From the NCBI GenBank assembly GCA_965261085.1, contig OZ253442.1:768001-832000 (forward strand): DNA of 64,000 bases, written 5' to 3'. The notes beneath the pieces are model-generated. The model saw only the letters and a list, made by a program, of their open reading frames with translations. It was not told the origin of the DNA and ran no database searches. Each line of letters starts with the position of its first letter. Position 1 is the first letter of the stretch. The position numbers and the translations under genes were made by a program. Source of the stretch: a bacterium. Lineage in GTDB: Bacteria > UBA8248. Shown piece after piece: positions 20,676 to 31,775 of the stretch.

Positions 20676-22197
20676 GGGGTTGTTGAAAAACCCCTGACTC
20701 TATGCTTGGATGTATGGATATTACGCGCCCGAGAAGGGAATATCCGCGATGTTGGGACGCAAGAACCGCGCCCAGATGGATTTGTTCATCACCGGTTCGC
20801 TGGAGAGGTTGATTCCCGAGGATCACATATTGGCCCGCGTGAACCGCGTTCTGGACCTGAGTTGGCTGCGCGAGGAAGTGGCGGATTGTTATTGCGCGGA
20901 CAACGGCCGTCCTGGGATCGACCCCGAAGTGGCGGTTCGGTTGATGTTGGCGGGCCTTCTGCTGGGGTTCGTGCACGACCGTCGGTTGATGCGCGAGGCG
21001 CAGGTGAACATCGCGATCCGGTGGTTCATCGGTTACGGGCTGGAGGATCGGCTGCCGGATCATTCGAGCCTGACGCGGATACGGCAGCGCTGGGGGGAGG
21101 CCCGGTTCCGGGAGATATTCCGCCGCACGGTCCGTGCGTGCCTGGATGCGAAGGTGGCCAAGGCCGAAGTCGTGCACGTGGACGCCTCATTGATCCGCGC
21201 GGACGTGAGTTGGGAGAGTCTGGTGGAGCGTCACGTGGACGAGGTGATAGCGGAGAACCCCGTCGAGGAGGAGGCCGGGAAGAAGGGTGGAGGAGGCCGC
21301 CGTGGCGGGGGTTCCGGGAAGGTGAGCCGGACGGACCCGGACGCGCGGCTGGCGAGAACGGGCGGGGGATTCGAGCCGAGCTACAAGCAGCACGCTGTGG
21401 TGGACGACACGCGCGGGGTGGTGCTCGACGTATCGGTGACGGAGGGTACGGTGAACGAGCGTGAGGTGCTCGAATCGCAGGTGGAAGCGGTATGCGAGGT
21501 ATCGGGGCGCGCGCCCGCGATGGTGACGGCGGACTCTGGCTACGCCTACTCGAAGGTCTACGCGGCCCTGGAGCGCCGGGGTGTGGCCGCGCTCATTCCG
21601 GCGAAGAGGGAACCCTCGCAGAGCCGTGTTCCGTTGCGCCTGTTCCGCTACGACGCGCGGCACGACATCGTGAAGTGTCCGCGCGGCAAGATACTGAGCC
21701 CCCGTCGGCCCGCAAAGGGGGGGCGTTATTATCGTTCGAAGACCCGTGATTGCGCGGGCTGCGCGCTTCGCGAGGATTGCCTGCCGAAGGCGTGGTCGAG
21801 CAAGGTGGTGTTGGTTCCGCATGCGTATCCGGCGCTGTTGCGCGCGCGCCGGCGCCATGCGCGATGGAGGGAGGAGGAGCGGCGGATGTACCGGCGTCAT
21901 ATGTGGCGCTCGGAGGGCTACCACGGCGAGGCGAAGACCTGGCACGGGCTTGCGCGCGCGGTGCGGCGCGGTCTTGAGAACATGAAGATACAGTCCTACC
22001 TGACGGCGGCGGCGATCAACCTCAAGCGGCTCTCCGCCGCACTTGCTGCAAGGTTATTCGCCCTCTGGAGGGCCTGGTCGGCCCGGGAAGAGCCTCTGTG
22101 CGTCCATCGCGGCCTCGCAAGCTGCGCGGGCTTCCTGTCCGCCGCCGCGTGACCCTCCATACCGCCCGCTCCCGAAACCGGGTTATTCAACAACCCC
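20676..22197 (+). mobile_element. IS1182-family insertion sequence, copy 4 (1522 bp)
   Basis: Same IRs; TGTTTT duplicated on both flanks; protein identical to copy 1. Confidence 0.93.
20749..22152 (+). CDS. IS1182-family DDE transposase
   Basis: Identical to the copy 1 protein. Confidence 0.93.
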   Translation: MLGRKNRAQMDLFITGSLERLIPEDHILARVNRVLDLSWLREEVADCYCADNGRPGIDPEVAVRLMLAGLLLGFVHDRRLMREAQVNIAIRWFIGYGLEDRLPDHSSLTRIRQRWGEARFREIFRRTVRACLDAKVAKAEVVHVDASLIRADVSWESLVERHVDEVIAENPVEEEAGKKGGGGRRGGGSGKVSRTDPDARLARTGGGFEPSYKQHAVVDDTRGVVLDVSVTEGTVNEREVLESQVEAVCEVSGRAPAMVTADSGYAYSKVYAALERRGVAALIPAKREPSQSRVPLRLFRYDARHDIVKCPRGKILSPRRPAKGGRYYRSKTRDCAGCALREDCLPKAWSSKVVLVPHAYPALLRARRRHARWREEERRMYRRHMWRSEGYHGEAKTWHGLARAVRRGLENMKIQSYLTAAAINLKRLSAALAARLFALWRAWSAREEPLCVHRGLASCAGFLSAAA

Positions 22198-22445
22198 TGT
22201 TTTCGCCCGCTTTGATGCGGCGAGGCGTCTTCATCGCCCATGAAATCCCGTTATCCTGTTGATATCATTGGGAAACGTTCATGGTTCCTGGTCTCGTTAG
22301 GGATTCACCTTCTGCAGAATGTAAGCAAAACGAAAGCGGCTCCCTTCGAACTCCCGCGCATCCGGGCGAGTCCGTGTCGAACCGTCCTCCAGAGTCCGCC
22401 CCGCAACGGCTTGCTTGCGGTCATGCTCAGGCGTGCTTGTATTTC

Positions 22446-22880
22446 TCAGTTTCGGGTTTTGGGATCCAGAGCGTCGCGCAGTCCGTCGCCGAAAAGATTA
22501 AAGCCAAGCACTGTCACCATGATCGCCAGTCCCGGCGCGACGACGTTGAACGGCATCACGGCGAGTGAAGTCAAGTTCTGCTTGAGGTCGAAGCCCCACG
22601 AAGGCGTTGGCGGCTGGGAACCCAGACCCAGAAACGAGAGGTTCGCCTCGAGCAGGATGGCGAACGCGATGGAGATGGTGGCCGACACGATCAGTGGGGC
22701 GAAGCAGTTTGGCAGGATATGCAGGAAGAGCAGGCGGAAGTCCAAAGCCGACTCCGATTGGATCCAGGTTGACGGCTTCTCCCTCGATGGCGATTTTCAG
22801 AGTGCCTCCCCTCTTGGCGGCATGGGTGTCGGTTACGGGGTTGAATGCGAAAAACAGGATGGAAAGGATAGGAATTAGCA
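22446..22880 (-). pseudogene. Deletion remnant of a peptide/nickel ABC operon: substrate-binding protein N-terminus joined out of frame to a DppC-type permease C-terminus
   Basis: Signal peptide + KRGGTLKIAIEGEAVNLDP, then near 22745 HILPNCFAPLIV...LSFLGLG.QPPTPSWG...LGFNLFGDGLRDALDP. Confidence 0.8.
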
Positions 22881-23041
22881 TGTGCAGCATGGTGATACAT
22901 CCATTTGGCAGGATGCGAGCAACGAGAAAGTGAAAGATCACTCTTTCTGATACGACTGTCGATCAGGCTTGCTCTTCCTTATGAAAGATGACGCTGTGGG
23001 GCGAAAAATTGACCCCACAGGTCATCTTCCCGTCCGATCTA

Positions 23042-24010
23042 TTACTTCACTTTATCGAGTAGGCCCGTCGCTTCAATATCCGCGCGGAACTCGCGTTTTT
23101 CCTTCTCCGTTAGCGAGACGACCGGCGGACGCACCCCGCCCGCGGGCATGCCGAGCAGCGCCGTCCATTCCTTCAGGTACGCCGTCGTGCGCCCGTTCGG
23201 ACCCGTGGTGAAGTACTTCTTGCGGACTGCGCGGATCGGCTCGAGCGAGTAATTGATTTCGGAGGCCTTGGCCATATCGCCCGCCTTCGCCGCTTCATAG
23301 TAGTCGCGGATCGGCGTGTAGCCCGGAACCTGGTAGAGATAGGGGGTCGGCGAGGACATGTGCACCTGCATCCCCAGATGGGCATAGCTGGTGAGGAAGC
23401 GCTCTTCGTCCGGGTCGCAGACGACGATCTCATCCCCTACGCGGCGGCGCACTTCACTCTGGTGCGCCATGCTCGGAACCGCATTTTTGATGCAGCAGAT
23501 GTTGTCCAGGCTGACGAGGCGCTCGATGAGTTCGGGGCTCAGCGTGGTGCCGGATTTAGGCTGGTTGAACAGCGAGATCCCGATATCGACCTGATCGCAG
23601 ATGGTCTTGAAGTAGAGGAATATCTCGTCGTCGTCGTGCGCTCCGTAGACGGGGTTGATCATGATGGCGTAGTCGGCGCCGACCTCCTCGGCGTGCTTGG
23701 TCAACTCGACGGCCTCGCTGATGTTGATGTGGGGGGTATGGGGGATGGTCTGGGCTGTCCCCCGGCTCTCCTCGCAGACGATGTGCTGGACGCGCTTGCG
23801 CTCCTGGGGGGAGAGCGACCAGTACTCACCCATCAACCCGTTGCAGAAAAACCCGTCGATACGGAGGTCGTCAATGCAGGTCCGGACGATTTGGCGGAGC
23901 CCTTCCTCATCCACCTCTCCCGAGGCGGTGTAGGGGGTCGTCAGCGCGGCCCAGACGCCTGTCATGTGCTCCTTGCAGTACGCTTTCGCTTCTGATTTGG
24001 TGTATTCCAT
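23042..24010 (-). CDS. Dihydrodipicolinate synthase (DapA/NAL) family aldolase
   Basis: ALTTPY, NGLMGEYWSLS, catalytic IKN. Confidence 0.88.
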   Translation of the reverse strand: MEYTKSEAKAYCKEHMTGVWAALTTPYTASGEVDEEGLRQIVRTCIDDLRIDGFFCNGLMGEYWSLSPQERKRVQHIVCEESRGTAQTIPHTPHINISEAVELTKHAEEVGADYAIMINPVYGAHDDDEIFLYFKTICDQVDIGISLFNQPKSGTTLSPELIERLVSLDNICCIKNAVPSMAHQSEVRRRVGDEIVVCDPDEERFLTSYAHLGMQVHMSSPTPYLYQVPGYTPIRDYYEAAKAGDMAKASEINYSLEPIRAVRKKYFTTGPNGRTTAYLKEWTALLGMPAGGVRPPVVSLTEKEKREFRADIEATGLLDKVK

Positions 24011-24455
24011 CTCGTTTCCTCTCCTAAAGAGGTGGTAGCCGGTTGTGGTCGAACGCGGCGGTTATGGGACGAACGTGCCGGGTGACGTAATCGCGCGCCG
24101 GCTTTTGCAATGCCTTTTGTTCTTCGGTCAGGGGAAAACCCATCGACCCTCCATCCGGCCAAGCGTGCGAGAGGAGGTGGGTAATGGGCGCGTAGGCATT
24201 CCACCTACGAAAGAAACCGGGTCACGCCGGAACGATGCGCCCACTAATGGATCGTGCGCTTTTATGCATAGCTTAACATCTACAATTGGGAGTTCGTTGT
24301 CAATCCACTCTACCGATCCTGCGGAACAGCGGATGCTCTTGCGGTGCGATGAATTTGTCCGCTTCCCGGCGGGTCGATATCCCCGGAAGGAGGCGCTTCT
24401 GCGGGGCGCAGCCATTCGGCGTAAGGCGGAGAATTCGTCGTCTGTCAGAGGTTCG

Positions 24456-26177
24456 CTAGGGCTTGGCGCAGATAACGTTCAGGAGCGCCTGCCTGCCCTC
24501 CACCCGAACGGCGTGGAGCGCCCAATCGAGGGCGGGTTTGATCTGCTCCGGCGCCTCGACCTTCTCTCCGTAACCGCCGCAGGCCTCGCATATCTTTTCG
24601 TAATCGGGCGAGGGCTCAAGTGCGGTGAAGGCGAAATCATCCTGGCCCACAGCCCAGCCGTCCGGGTAAATCGCCTGCGCATTGCGCTTCACGGAGCCCC
24701 AGGTTCGGTTGTTGAAAACAACCACCAGCACAGGAAGCTTGTGCGCGTTTGACGCAAAATGGCAGGCGGCCGGGTTGCTGAAGATGTATGCGCCGTCCCC
24801 CAGCGTCGCGACGACGGTGTGGTCCTTGGCGGCCAGTTTGGCGCCTAGCGCCGCCCCGAAGCCCCAGCCCAGACCTGCGGCGGGCGGATGATCAAAGTAG
24901 GTGCCGGGTTTGGTCCGTGTGAGTTGGGTCCCGACCATGTCGTATTCATTCACGAGGATGTCATCCTCACCGAGCGCGTCATCTACGCAACGGGCGAGCC
25001 AGACATATTCGATGGGGTTGCTCGTAGAAGCTTTTTCCGCTTCTTCCCTCCATTGGGCGCGCTGAGCGGCGTGAGATTTCTCAAGCGCCTCACGGCGCTT
25101 GGCGATCTCGGTTTCCTTGCCCGCCAGCAATGGGCGAAGCGCCTCTCTTAGCGCAGCGAGCGCAGGCGCCGACTCGGACTGAATGGGCAGATCGGCGGGG
25201 AACCCACGGATGGGATAGCGGGAGAAATTGGGGTCGACGGCCAACTGAATAAAACTTGTTTCAGGTCTCGGCTGCACCTGCGATGGTATCCAGGGAACGG
25301 TCGATTCGATGGTCAGAATGGTGTCGGCCTTCGGGAAGTGCTCCCACAGCGCGTACCCCTGGTGAAGCGGATGATTCGTGGGGAAGTTCACGAACTCCCT
25401 GAACCGATCCTCGACAACCGGGAAAGCGCCCATTTCGGCGAGTGCGATGAGTTCGGGCACTGCCTCCGGCTCCCTTCCCATCATTCCGACATGAAGGATG
25501 GGATGGCTCGCGTCGGCCAGCATTTTGGCCGCGCGGTTGATCGCATCGATATCCGGATAGAGGCGCGTAGGCCGGGTCGTGCGGGGTTTTTCCCAGTAGG
25601 AAAACTCTGTTTGGGGGGCGGCCAGCACCTCGCGCGGCAAGACGAGGTAGACCGGTCCCCTGGGATGGGAAGTGGCGATGCCGAGCGCGCGATCGACCAC
25701 CGTTTCAAGCTGTTCGAAATTTCGTAGTTCATAGTCCCACTTCACGAACTCGCGGACCATCGCGCCCTGGTCGAAACTCTCCTGCGCCCAGTGGATGTAC
25801 ACGTTGCGGCTCCCGAGCATGCCCGACTCGGTAATGGGCGTGCGCCCCGCCGTGAAAAGTATCGGGATGTTGAGCCTGTTGGCGTTGATGAGCCCGATGA
25901 TCGAGTTCGCCGTTCCCACCGAGACATGGACCATTACAAGCTGGGGCCGCCCGGTCACCATGGTGTAGCCGTGCGACATGCTCATGGCGATTATTTCGTG
26001 GGGCGCCAGGATGGGAATCGGACAAGGCTTGCCGTCCGCGCGCAGTTTGGCCAGCCCTTCTATGATCGAGGGAAAGTCCGTCCCGCCGTTGCCGAAAAAA
26101 TATTCAATTCCGCGATCGGCCAACAATGTCAGGTAAGCTTCGGCGGTGGTCTCAACGGCGACACGTTTCTTTTCCAC
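24456..26177 (-). CDS. Thiamine pyrophosphate-dependent enzyme (acetolactate synthase-like)
   Basis: FGNGGTDF, PHE, TPP motif GDGAY...NN; GTG start after GGAGGG. Confidence 0.9.
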   Translation of the reverse strand: MEKKRVAVETTAEAYLTLLADRGIEYFFGNGGTDFPSIIEGLAKLRADGKPCPIPILAPHEIIAMSMSHGYTMVTGRPQLVMVHVSVGTANSIIGLINANRLNIPILFTAGRTPITESGMLGSRNVYIHWAQESFDQGAMVREFVKWDYELRNFEQLETVVDRALGIATSHPRGPVYLVLPREVLAAPQTEFSYWEKPRTTRPTRLYPDIDAINRAAKMLADASHPILHVGMMGREPEAVPELIALAEMGAFPVVEDRFREFVNFPTNHPLHQGYALWEHFPKADTILTIESTVPWIPSQVQPRPETSFIQLAVDPNFSRYPIRGFPADLPIQSESAPALAALREALRPLLAGKETEIAKRREALEKSHAAQRAQWREEAEKASTSNPIEYVWLARCVDDALGEDDILVNEYDMVGTQLTRTKPGTYFDHPPAAGLGWGFGAALGAKLAAKDHTVVATLGDGAYIFSNPAACHFASNAHKLPVLVVVFNNRTWGSVKRNAQAIYPDGWAVGQDDFAFTALEPSPDYEKICEACGGYGEKVEAPEQIKPALDWALHAVRVEGRQALLNVICAKP

Positions 26178-26701
26178 GGTGCACCCTCCCTCCGGTCCAT
26201 AGAGGCGCAGGACCATGCGCACGATAATCAGGACGATTTAGATTGAGGACATCTACATGCTACGAACCGGCACGCCGGGCAAAGGATGCGGCTCGGGTAG
26301 TCAACACCCGAAAAATCGCCCTACCCATGAATTTATTCTCAGAATAGCCGATACCGACTTTTTAGCCATATGATCAGATATTGTAAACATGCGTTCCAAT
26401 AACGTGAACGAACGTCAAAAGACGGGCGCCCAATCCGAGAACCTGCGCCGGAGTCTGGAGATACTGCTTCTCTTCTCCACCCCCTCGCGGAGCAGTTTTG
26501 TCGTTCTCGGGAACAGACCCCGTCGCCAAACACGAGATGTCCCTCGCTGTATCGTAGATGGACTTTGGGGATTTGAAATCCTGGAACGGAAAGCCTGAAC
26601 CTGTTGGAATCCGGAATTTCTCGGAGTTTATTGGCCGTTGTCCCCGGAAACCCGTACATGACGAGTCAGCAATTCGCCATGAAGAATTTTGCCCAAAGGC
26701 G

Positions 26702-27559
26702 CTAAAAATCCTCGGGTGACCAACTGTCGCGGAGCCTTTCTCCTTCATCGCATGGAGGAGATGTCCTGCGAACAAGAGGAAAAACCGAGCGAATTTTCGA
26801 GAGAGCCGATACGGCGTTCTCATCATTCTTTGGGGTAATCCCCACGATCTCCATGACCAGCTTCTTCCGTATGGCCCGCGCGAATGATTTGAAATCCTCG
26901 GCAACGACGATGAATGCTCTTGGGCCTCCAATGACGCAATTTCGGTAATACAAATCCAGGTTGGGCATGGGCGGGCGGCCCCACCTGCTGAGGCGATCAT
27001 TGATGATGGGGAGACCGTTGATCGTTAGACCCGCCCGGATGGCTTTATCCCGGGCAATCGTTACAAGGGGACCGCTGTTGTTTGGGCCATCGCCAGAAAT
27101 GTCGATGACTTGTCTCGGCCCCTCGAAATCGTTTTTTTGAAACATGGGGATGGCGTATTCGATGGCCCCGGCGATCGAGGTTCTTCTACCACTGCCTGGT
27201 GAGCCGGCGGCGAGGGCGGACGAAAATATCCGGGCGCTTTCTAAATCGTGAATGACTCTCCAGGGTACGATCACAAACTGCAAATCGTACCTGGCCCACT
27301 CAAAATAGGACACCGCAATTCTTTTGTGATAGCCGGACCGAATGGCGGAGATAACCTCTGGCGAAGTAAGAGCGTCAATATATCCTTTCCGCTGGAGCTT
27401 GGCTTCTTCCTCATCGATGCTTCCTGAAATGTCGACGGCAAGGATAAGTTCGAGATCAACTTTTCGAGTCTGGGAATAAGCCGGCGAGAACGGCCCAAGG
27501 AGGCCAACCAGAATAAATGACCCCAAAAGGAAGATGTGAAAAGCCCGAAAAGAATGCAT
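26702..27559 (-). CDS. DUF1194 (vWA-like) exported protein
   Basis: Signal peptide, LILAVDISGS MIDAS, IDISGDGPNN, VIGGP.AF. Confidence 0.85.
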   Translation of the reverse strand: MHSFRAFHIFLLGSFILVGLLGPFSPAYSQTRKVDLELILAVDISGSIDEEEAKLQRKGYIDALTSPEVISAIRSGYHKRIAVSYFEWARYDLQFVIVPWRVIHDLESARIFSSALAAGSPGSGRRTSIAGAIEYAIPMFQKNDFEGPRQVIDISGDGPNNSGPLVTIARDKAIRAGLTINGLPIINDRLSRWGRPPMPNLDLYYRNCVIGGPRAFIVVAEDFKSFARAIRKKLVMEIVGITPKNDENAVSALSKIRSVFPLVRRTSPPCDEGERLRDSWSPEDF

Positions 27560-27680
27560 GAAGGTTCCTGCTGTTAAGTGTCCATTGTGAATGAATCATC
27601 TTAACTTGAATTCAAGTGTTTTGTCGTCTTGCGCCTGAACATCAGCCCTCTAATGCTTTCCAGCCATCTCCGGTAGCCCG

Positions 27681-29039
27681 TCAGGCCAGTAGGGACATGA
27701 GCGGGCGCACGCTCTCCTGCTCTTCCAGGGAAGTCAGAATCACCAGCGCTTCGGCTGTTTTATCCCGCCCGAAGTTTCGCTCGGCGCAGTCCCGGAACTT
27801 TCCGTGAACTTCATCTTTCGTGAGCGGGCAAGTGGCGTTGCCGCGCGATTTCGTCCCGGTTTTCCGGAAAATATCTCCGCCCTTCGTACGGACGGTCACC
27901 GTGGCGGGCCGGGCGGCGCCTTGCTTCCAATCGGGCGCTTCCGCGAGGTGGACGCGCACCTTCTTCATCATGGCCTGCGCCGCAGGATCGTTCACGGCCT
28001 CGTCCGTAAAGGTGTCGAGGCGAAGCTCCCGGTCCATGAGCATTCGCGACAGGGTGTACGGGGCGGAGAACTTCCCCTGCAGACCCGTCTTCGGGTGGTT
28101 GTAGCTCAGGTTCATCATGTTGGGCTTCATGAGATCGATATCAATCCGCTCCACATCGTCGGTGGTGATATCCTTTTCGTCGATCAACTCGCGCAGCGCG
28201 TCAATCGACGGATGGGCCGACATGCAGCAGGGATAGGGTTTCAGGTTGTTTCCCGGCGTTTCGAGAACGTAGGGGTCGCCCAGCCGCTCCACAATCTCGT
28301 CGAGGCGGAAGTTTCCTTTACCGGAGAAGGATTCGCAGTAGCCGTTCTGCGCCTCCAGAATTTTCGTGCTCGAGGTGATGCCCAGCCCCGAGAAGTCGGC
28401 GGCGCGCACACCCGCCTCCGCCGCAAGTCCCGCGTGGAGGGGCTTTGTCATGGTGCCGAAATTGGCGCGGACGCCCGAAGCCTGGGAGGCGGCGATTCCC
28501 AGCGCGAGGCGTGTCTGATCGATGCCGAACCCCCGGAGGCGGGAGGCCGCCGCCGCCGCGCCCATCGCGCCGAGCGTGCTCGTCGGGTGCCAGCCGTTGT
28601 TGTAGAGGCCCATGTTCATTCCGCTCCCGAGCTTGGAGGAAATCTCGAAGCCAATCACATAGGCCTCCACGAGTTCCCGGCCCGACGCGCCGAGCGCCTC
28701 CGCCTCGGCCAGGACAGCGGGGAGCACTACCACGCTCGCGTGGCCGTACAGCAGCCAGTTCGAATCGTCGAAATCGAGCGCGTGCCCGAGGGCGCCGTTG
28801 GCGAGAGCGGCGAGGGACGTGCTTGTCTTGAGGGCGCTTCCGACCACGGTCGCGTCCGGAGGGCCTCCCGCCGCGCTGACGTAGCGGACGATGCTCGACG
28901 CCACAGGCTCACCGACGGCGGCGGCCATCACCCCCACCGTATCGAGAATGGCGGTTTTGGCCGCCGTGATTACCAACTCCGGCATCTCTTCGAAGCGCGC
29001 TTCGGCGATGAAACGCGCCATCCGTTCTGTGGCGCTCAT
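27681..29039 (-). CDS. MmgE/PrpD family protein
   Basis: NGALGHALDFDD, GWHPT, GTMTKPLHAG, KPYPCC, KFS. Confidence 0.92.
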   Translation of the reverse strand: MSATERMARFIAEARFEEMPELVITAAKTAILDTVGVMAAAVGEPVASSIVRYVSAAGGPPDATVVGSALKTSTSLAALANGALGHALDFDDSNWLLYGHASVVVLPAVLAEAEALGASGRELVEAYVIGFEISSKLGSGMNMGLYNNGWHPTSTLGAMGAAAAASRLRGFGIDQTRLALGIAASQASGVRANFGTMTKPLHAGLAAEAGVRAADFSGLGITSSTKILEAQNGYCESFSGKGNFRLDEIVERLGDPYVLETPGNNLKPYPCCMSAHPSIDALRELIDEKDITTDDVERIDIDLMKPNMMNLSYNHPKTGLQGKFSAPYTLSRMLMDRELRLDTFTDEAVNDPAAQAMMKKVRVHLAEAPDWKQGAARPATVTVRTKGGDIFRKTGTKSRGNATCPLTKDEVHGKFRDCAERNFGRDKTAEALVILTSLEEQESVRPLMSLLA

Positions 29040-29334
29040 GAGAACCCTCCTGATCCCTCCGCCGTGCCGGGAGGGAATGAGATTGTGTGTCCGATGACGG
29101 AAGCCTAAATTATCCGGCATCCGGTGTAAAGTTTTTCGAATGGATGAAAAAAGGGTTGGCATGATCATCGATCACCACGTGCCGGAGGGCGTCATGGATG
29201 ATCTGCTTGCAGGGCGCTTCGGCTTCTCGGTAAGCGTCGAGCCGGGAGAGGAGGATGGAAGAGTTCAGCTCCCGCATGAAGATCATGAACAGCGGAGTCG
29301 CCACCAATTCGTCTTGGTTCCTCCGTACTGGCTG

Positions 29335-30228
29335 CTACCAGATGATCAGCATGGCGGTTCCGGCCACAACCGCTCCCGCTCCCGCCGCAACGCGCGCATT
29401 CACCGCCTCATGCGCCTGGAGAAACAGCCAGGAGATGAGGACGACGAACAATGACCTCGACTGCGCCAGCGGCGACACGAAGATTAACGGCGCGTTCGCC
29501 AGGGCCAGATATGTAAAGGTAACTCCCATGCTTGCGCATGAACCCGCCAGAAACAAGAGTCCCCATGTCCGGGGAGACCATCTTCTGATCTCGGTTCTGG
29601 CCCCCTTCCCTTTCAGGAGCGGGAAATAGACCAGGACGGCGATGGTGTTGGCGTACAGGTTCGCGTAATTCGGAGAAGCAAAGCCCACCACCACCGTTTT
29701 AGCCATCGCCGTGGCCATTCCGAAGCTGAGTCCACTGAGCAGCGCCAGCCCCACCCCCAGGACGAAGTCTTTCATCGCCCCGCCGGAAACTTCGCCGCCC
29801 CGGCTCCGGGTGAGGAGAACGCACCCGAGAATGACCAACACGGCGCCCCCGCCTGACAGGAGTGTAAGTTCCTCTCCCAGGAAAAAGATTCCGAGCAAAA
29901 TCGCGAAAAACGTATTCGTCGAACCCAGGGAACTTGCGCGCGCCGAGCCGATGCGCTTCATGGCCGAGAAGAGGAACGTGCGGGCGAGCACGATTCGCAA
30001 TATTCCGGCCAGGGCAATGGCCCCGAGGGGCCACCCACCCACAAAAGGGGAGGAAGTAAAATCCCCGCGGAACAGGGAAACCGCCACGAGAACCGGCAGG
30101 CCGAGAAACGCCGTGGCTCCCGTCCCCACCACCGGGTCGACCCCGCGCATGGCCATGCGGCCGAAGATGTCTCGGAGCGCAAGCAGGAGCGCGGAGGTGA
30201 GGGAGACCGCCACAACGAATTCTTTCAT
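29335..30228 (-). CDS. EamA/DMT family transporter
   Basis: About 10 TM helices, LGIFFLGE. Confidence 0.85.
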   Translation of the reverse strand: MKEFVVAVSLTSALLLALRDIFGRMAMRGVDPVVGTGATAFLGLPVLVAVSLFRGDFTSSPFVGGWPLGAIALAGILRIVLARTFLFSAMKRIGSARASSLGSTNTFFAILLGIFFLGEELTLLSGGGAVLVILGCVLLTRSRGGEVSGGAMKDFVLGVGLALLSGLSFGMATAMAKTVVVGFASPNYANLYANTIAVLVYFPLLKGKGARTEIRRWSPRTWGLLFLAGSCASMGVTFTYLALANAPLIFVSPLAQSRSLFVVLISWLFLQAHEAVNARVAAGAGAVVAGTAMLIIW

Positions 30229-30836
30229 CGTCTCTTCGCCGATTCACGGCCCTTCATCTCGGCCTAGGAGGTGTGAATATGAAATTGGGGATTCAGGTTA
30301 TCCCGGATGATCTAATTGGTAAAGGAACCGATTGAGAACCCCAGGCAAGAATGTGGGTGAGCTTCCCCCCCCAAAACAGTCATCAATTCCCTGAGTCGTC
30401 AGCCTGTTTGTACAAGGATATGTCGAAAATGAGCTATGCCCGAAAGTGGGTGATGGGCTGATCAGGCGGTGGCCGGAATGGCCGCCGTCGCGCTGGGCCG
30501 CTGAGGCGCAGAACCCCCTGAAGCCTGCCCCGAAACGCTCGTTTTATTTATCGAAAAACACCGTGAAAACACCGTGAATTTATCGATATTTTCAGTAAAT
30601 ATAATTATTTGCATTGTTTTTCGTCCTCGGTCGAATTTACGCGAAGGCCTTCCCTTCGCGAGGCGTATTCTGCCGCATCCCGAAAAGACCCGATAACGGC
30701 AAATGCGGGCAAATGCGGGCAAATGCGCGTGAGGCCAATCCCTACGATTCTCCCCCGTAGGGACGCTTCGTGAAGCGCCCGCTTTAATCAATGATGGATC
30801 GGCCGTTCGCCTTTTCTCGCTAAAACCGTGAAACCT

Positions 30837-31478
30837 TTATTCAGCCTTTCCCGGCTCGTAGCTCACCAACTCCCTTTGGCCATCTCTTAATCTAGTCTTG
30901 TGTTCCCACTTATAAAGCACATTCATCTTGATAACGGGAGAAATATGGTATTCTCTTTTGATGTTCGCACTATCGCAGGCGACACGATAAGTATCGAAAC
31001 TGCCTGCGGGCACACTGACTCGAACCTGTCCCGTAACTTCACAACTCATTTGCCCACTCCAGCTTCTGCCCGAATCTGTTGACCCTTCGTAGTCGTATTT
31101 CCACTTGTTGCCGACAGCCAGAGGCCAGATTTTACCTTCGATCGACTTTATCGTCCCGCGTCCGTTAGAGCGGCGTCTGCCGCAATTTTCCCATTTGAGG
31201 TATTGCGCCAGGAATTCATGGTGCGCCCTTGTAGCAGTACACCCGTAACTCGTCTTGTAGTTCGCCGTGGTTTCATCCACTCCTACGATTGTCTCGGAGT
31301 ATTTTCTCCCGTCCGATTCTTTCCAGGTTCTTGTAGCGCCGACCTGCGGTATGGGTCTCGGCATGGGTGCAAGAGTAGCCGAGGCGGGCTTGGATTCAGC
31401 CGCCGCCGCCGATTGAGTATGGCCCATATCTCCAATCGCGAATATGAACGTCAGGCTTGCGATGATGATAAGTTTCAT
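30837..31478 (-). CDS. Exported hypothetical protein (beta-rich, VPAGSFDT motif)
   Basis: AGGAG RBS, signal peptide MKLIIIASLTF...AAA, WPLAVGNKW, VSVPAGSFDTY. Confidence 0.7.
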   Translation of the reverse strand: MKLIIIASLTFIFAIGDMGHTQSAAAAESKPASATLAPMPRPIPQVGATRTWKESDGRKYSETIVGVDETTANYKTSYGCTATRAHHEFLAQYLKWENCGRRRSNGRGTIKSIEGKIWPLAVGNKWKYDYEGSTDSGRSWSGQMSCEVTGQVRVSVPAGSFDTYRVACDSANIKREYHISPVIKMNVLYKWEHKTRLRDGQRELVSYEPGKAE

Positions 31479-31664
31479 GGGGCGACTCCTTTCTTGAGTG
31501 AATCCCGGACCGGGCAAGGCGGCGTCCCGGGGACGAATCGACTCGTTGTCCGCCGTCGTGATTGCGGGCTGCATTGCGAAGCCTCTCATGGTCGAACCTC
31601 CTCCCCGTTTGCGGAGCATGTTGGCCGTATGCGCATCTCCACCATTTCCGCTTGAATGCCCACC

Positions 31665-31775
31665 GGCCCCCGCTCGCGTGAGCCTCGCCGCCCCCGGCGC
31701 GAAGCCGGAGGCGGCGAGAGGGGGTGGCCCGCCGCGTGATGGGTCCGGGGAATGGGCGGCGGGCTTGCGCTCAAC
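31665..31775. repeat. About 110 bp GC-rich 3' flank of lipoprotein A, duplicated at about 34130-34240
   Basis: Shared GCCGCCCCCGGCG...GCGGCGAGAGGGG...TGATGGGTC.GGGGAATGGGCGGCGGGC. Confidence 0.8.

Noticed and set aside
26339-26680. MANC-TGA in frame with a 106-aa ORF as a third selenoprotein
   Set aside because: No recognisable family or redox motif and no clear SECIS; likely chance
29110-29307. 65-aa ORF between the EamA and MmgE/PrpD genes
   Set aside because: No recognisable domain; may be a remnant but cannot be supported
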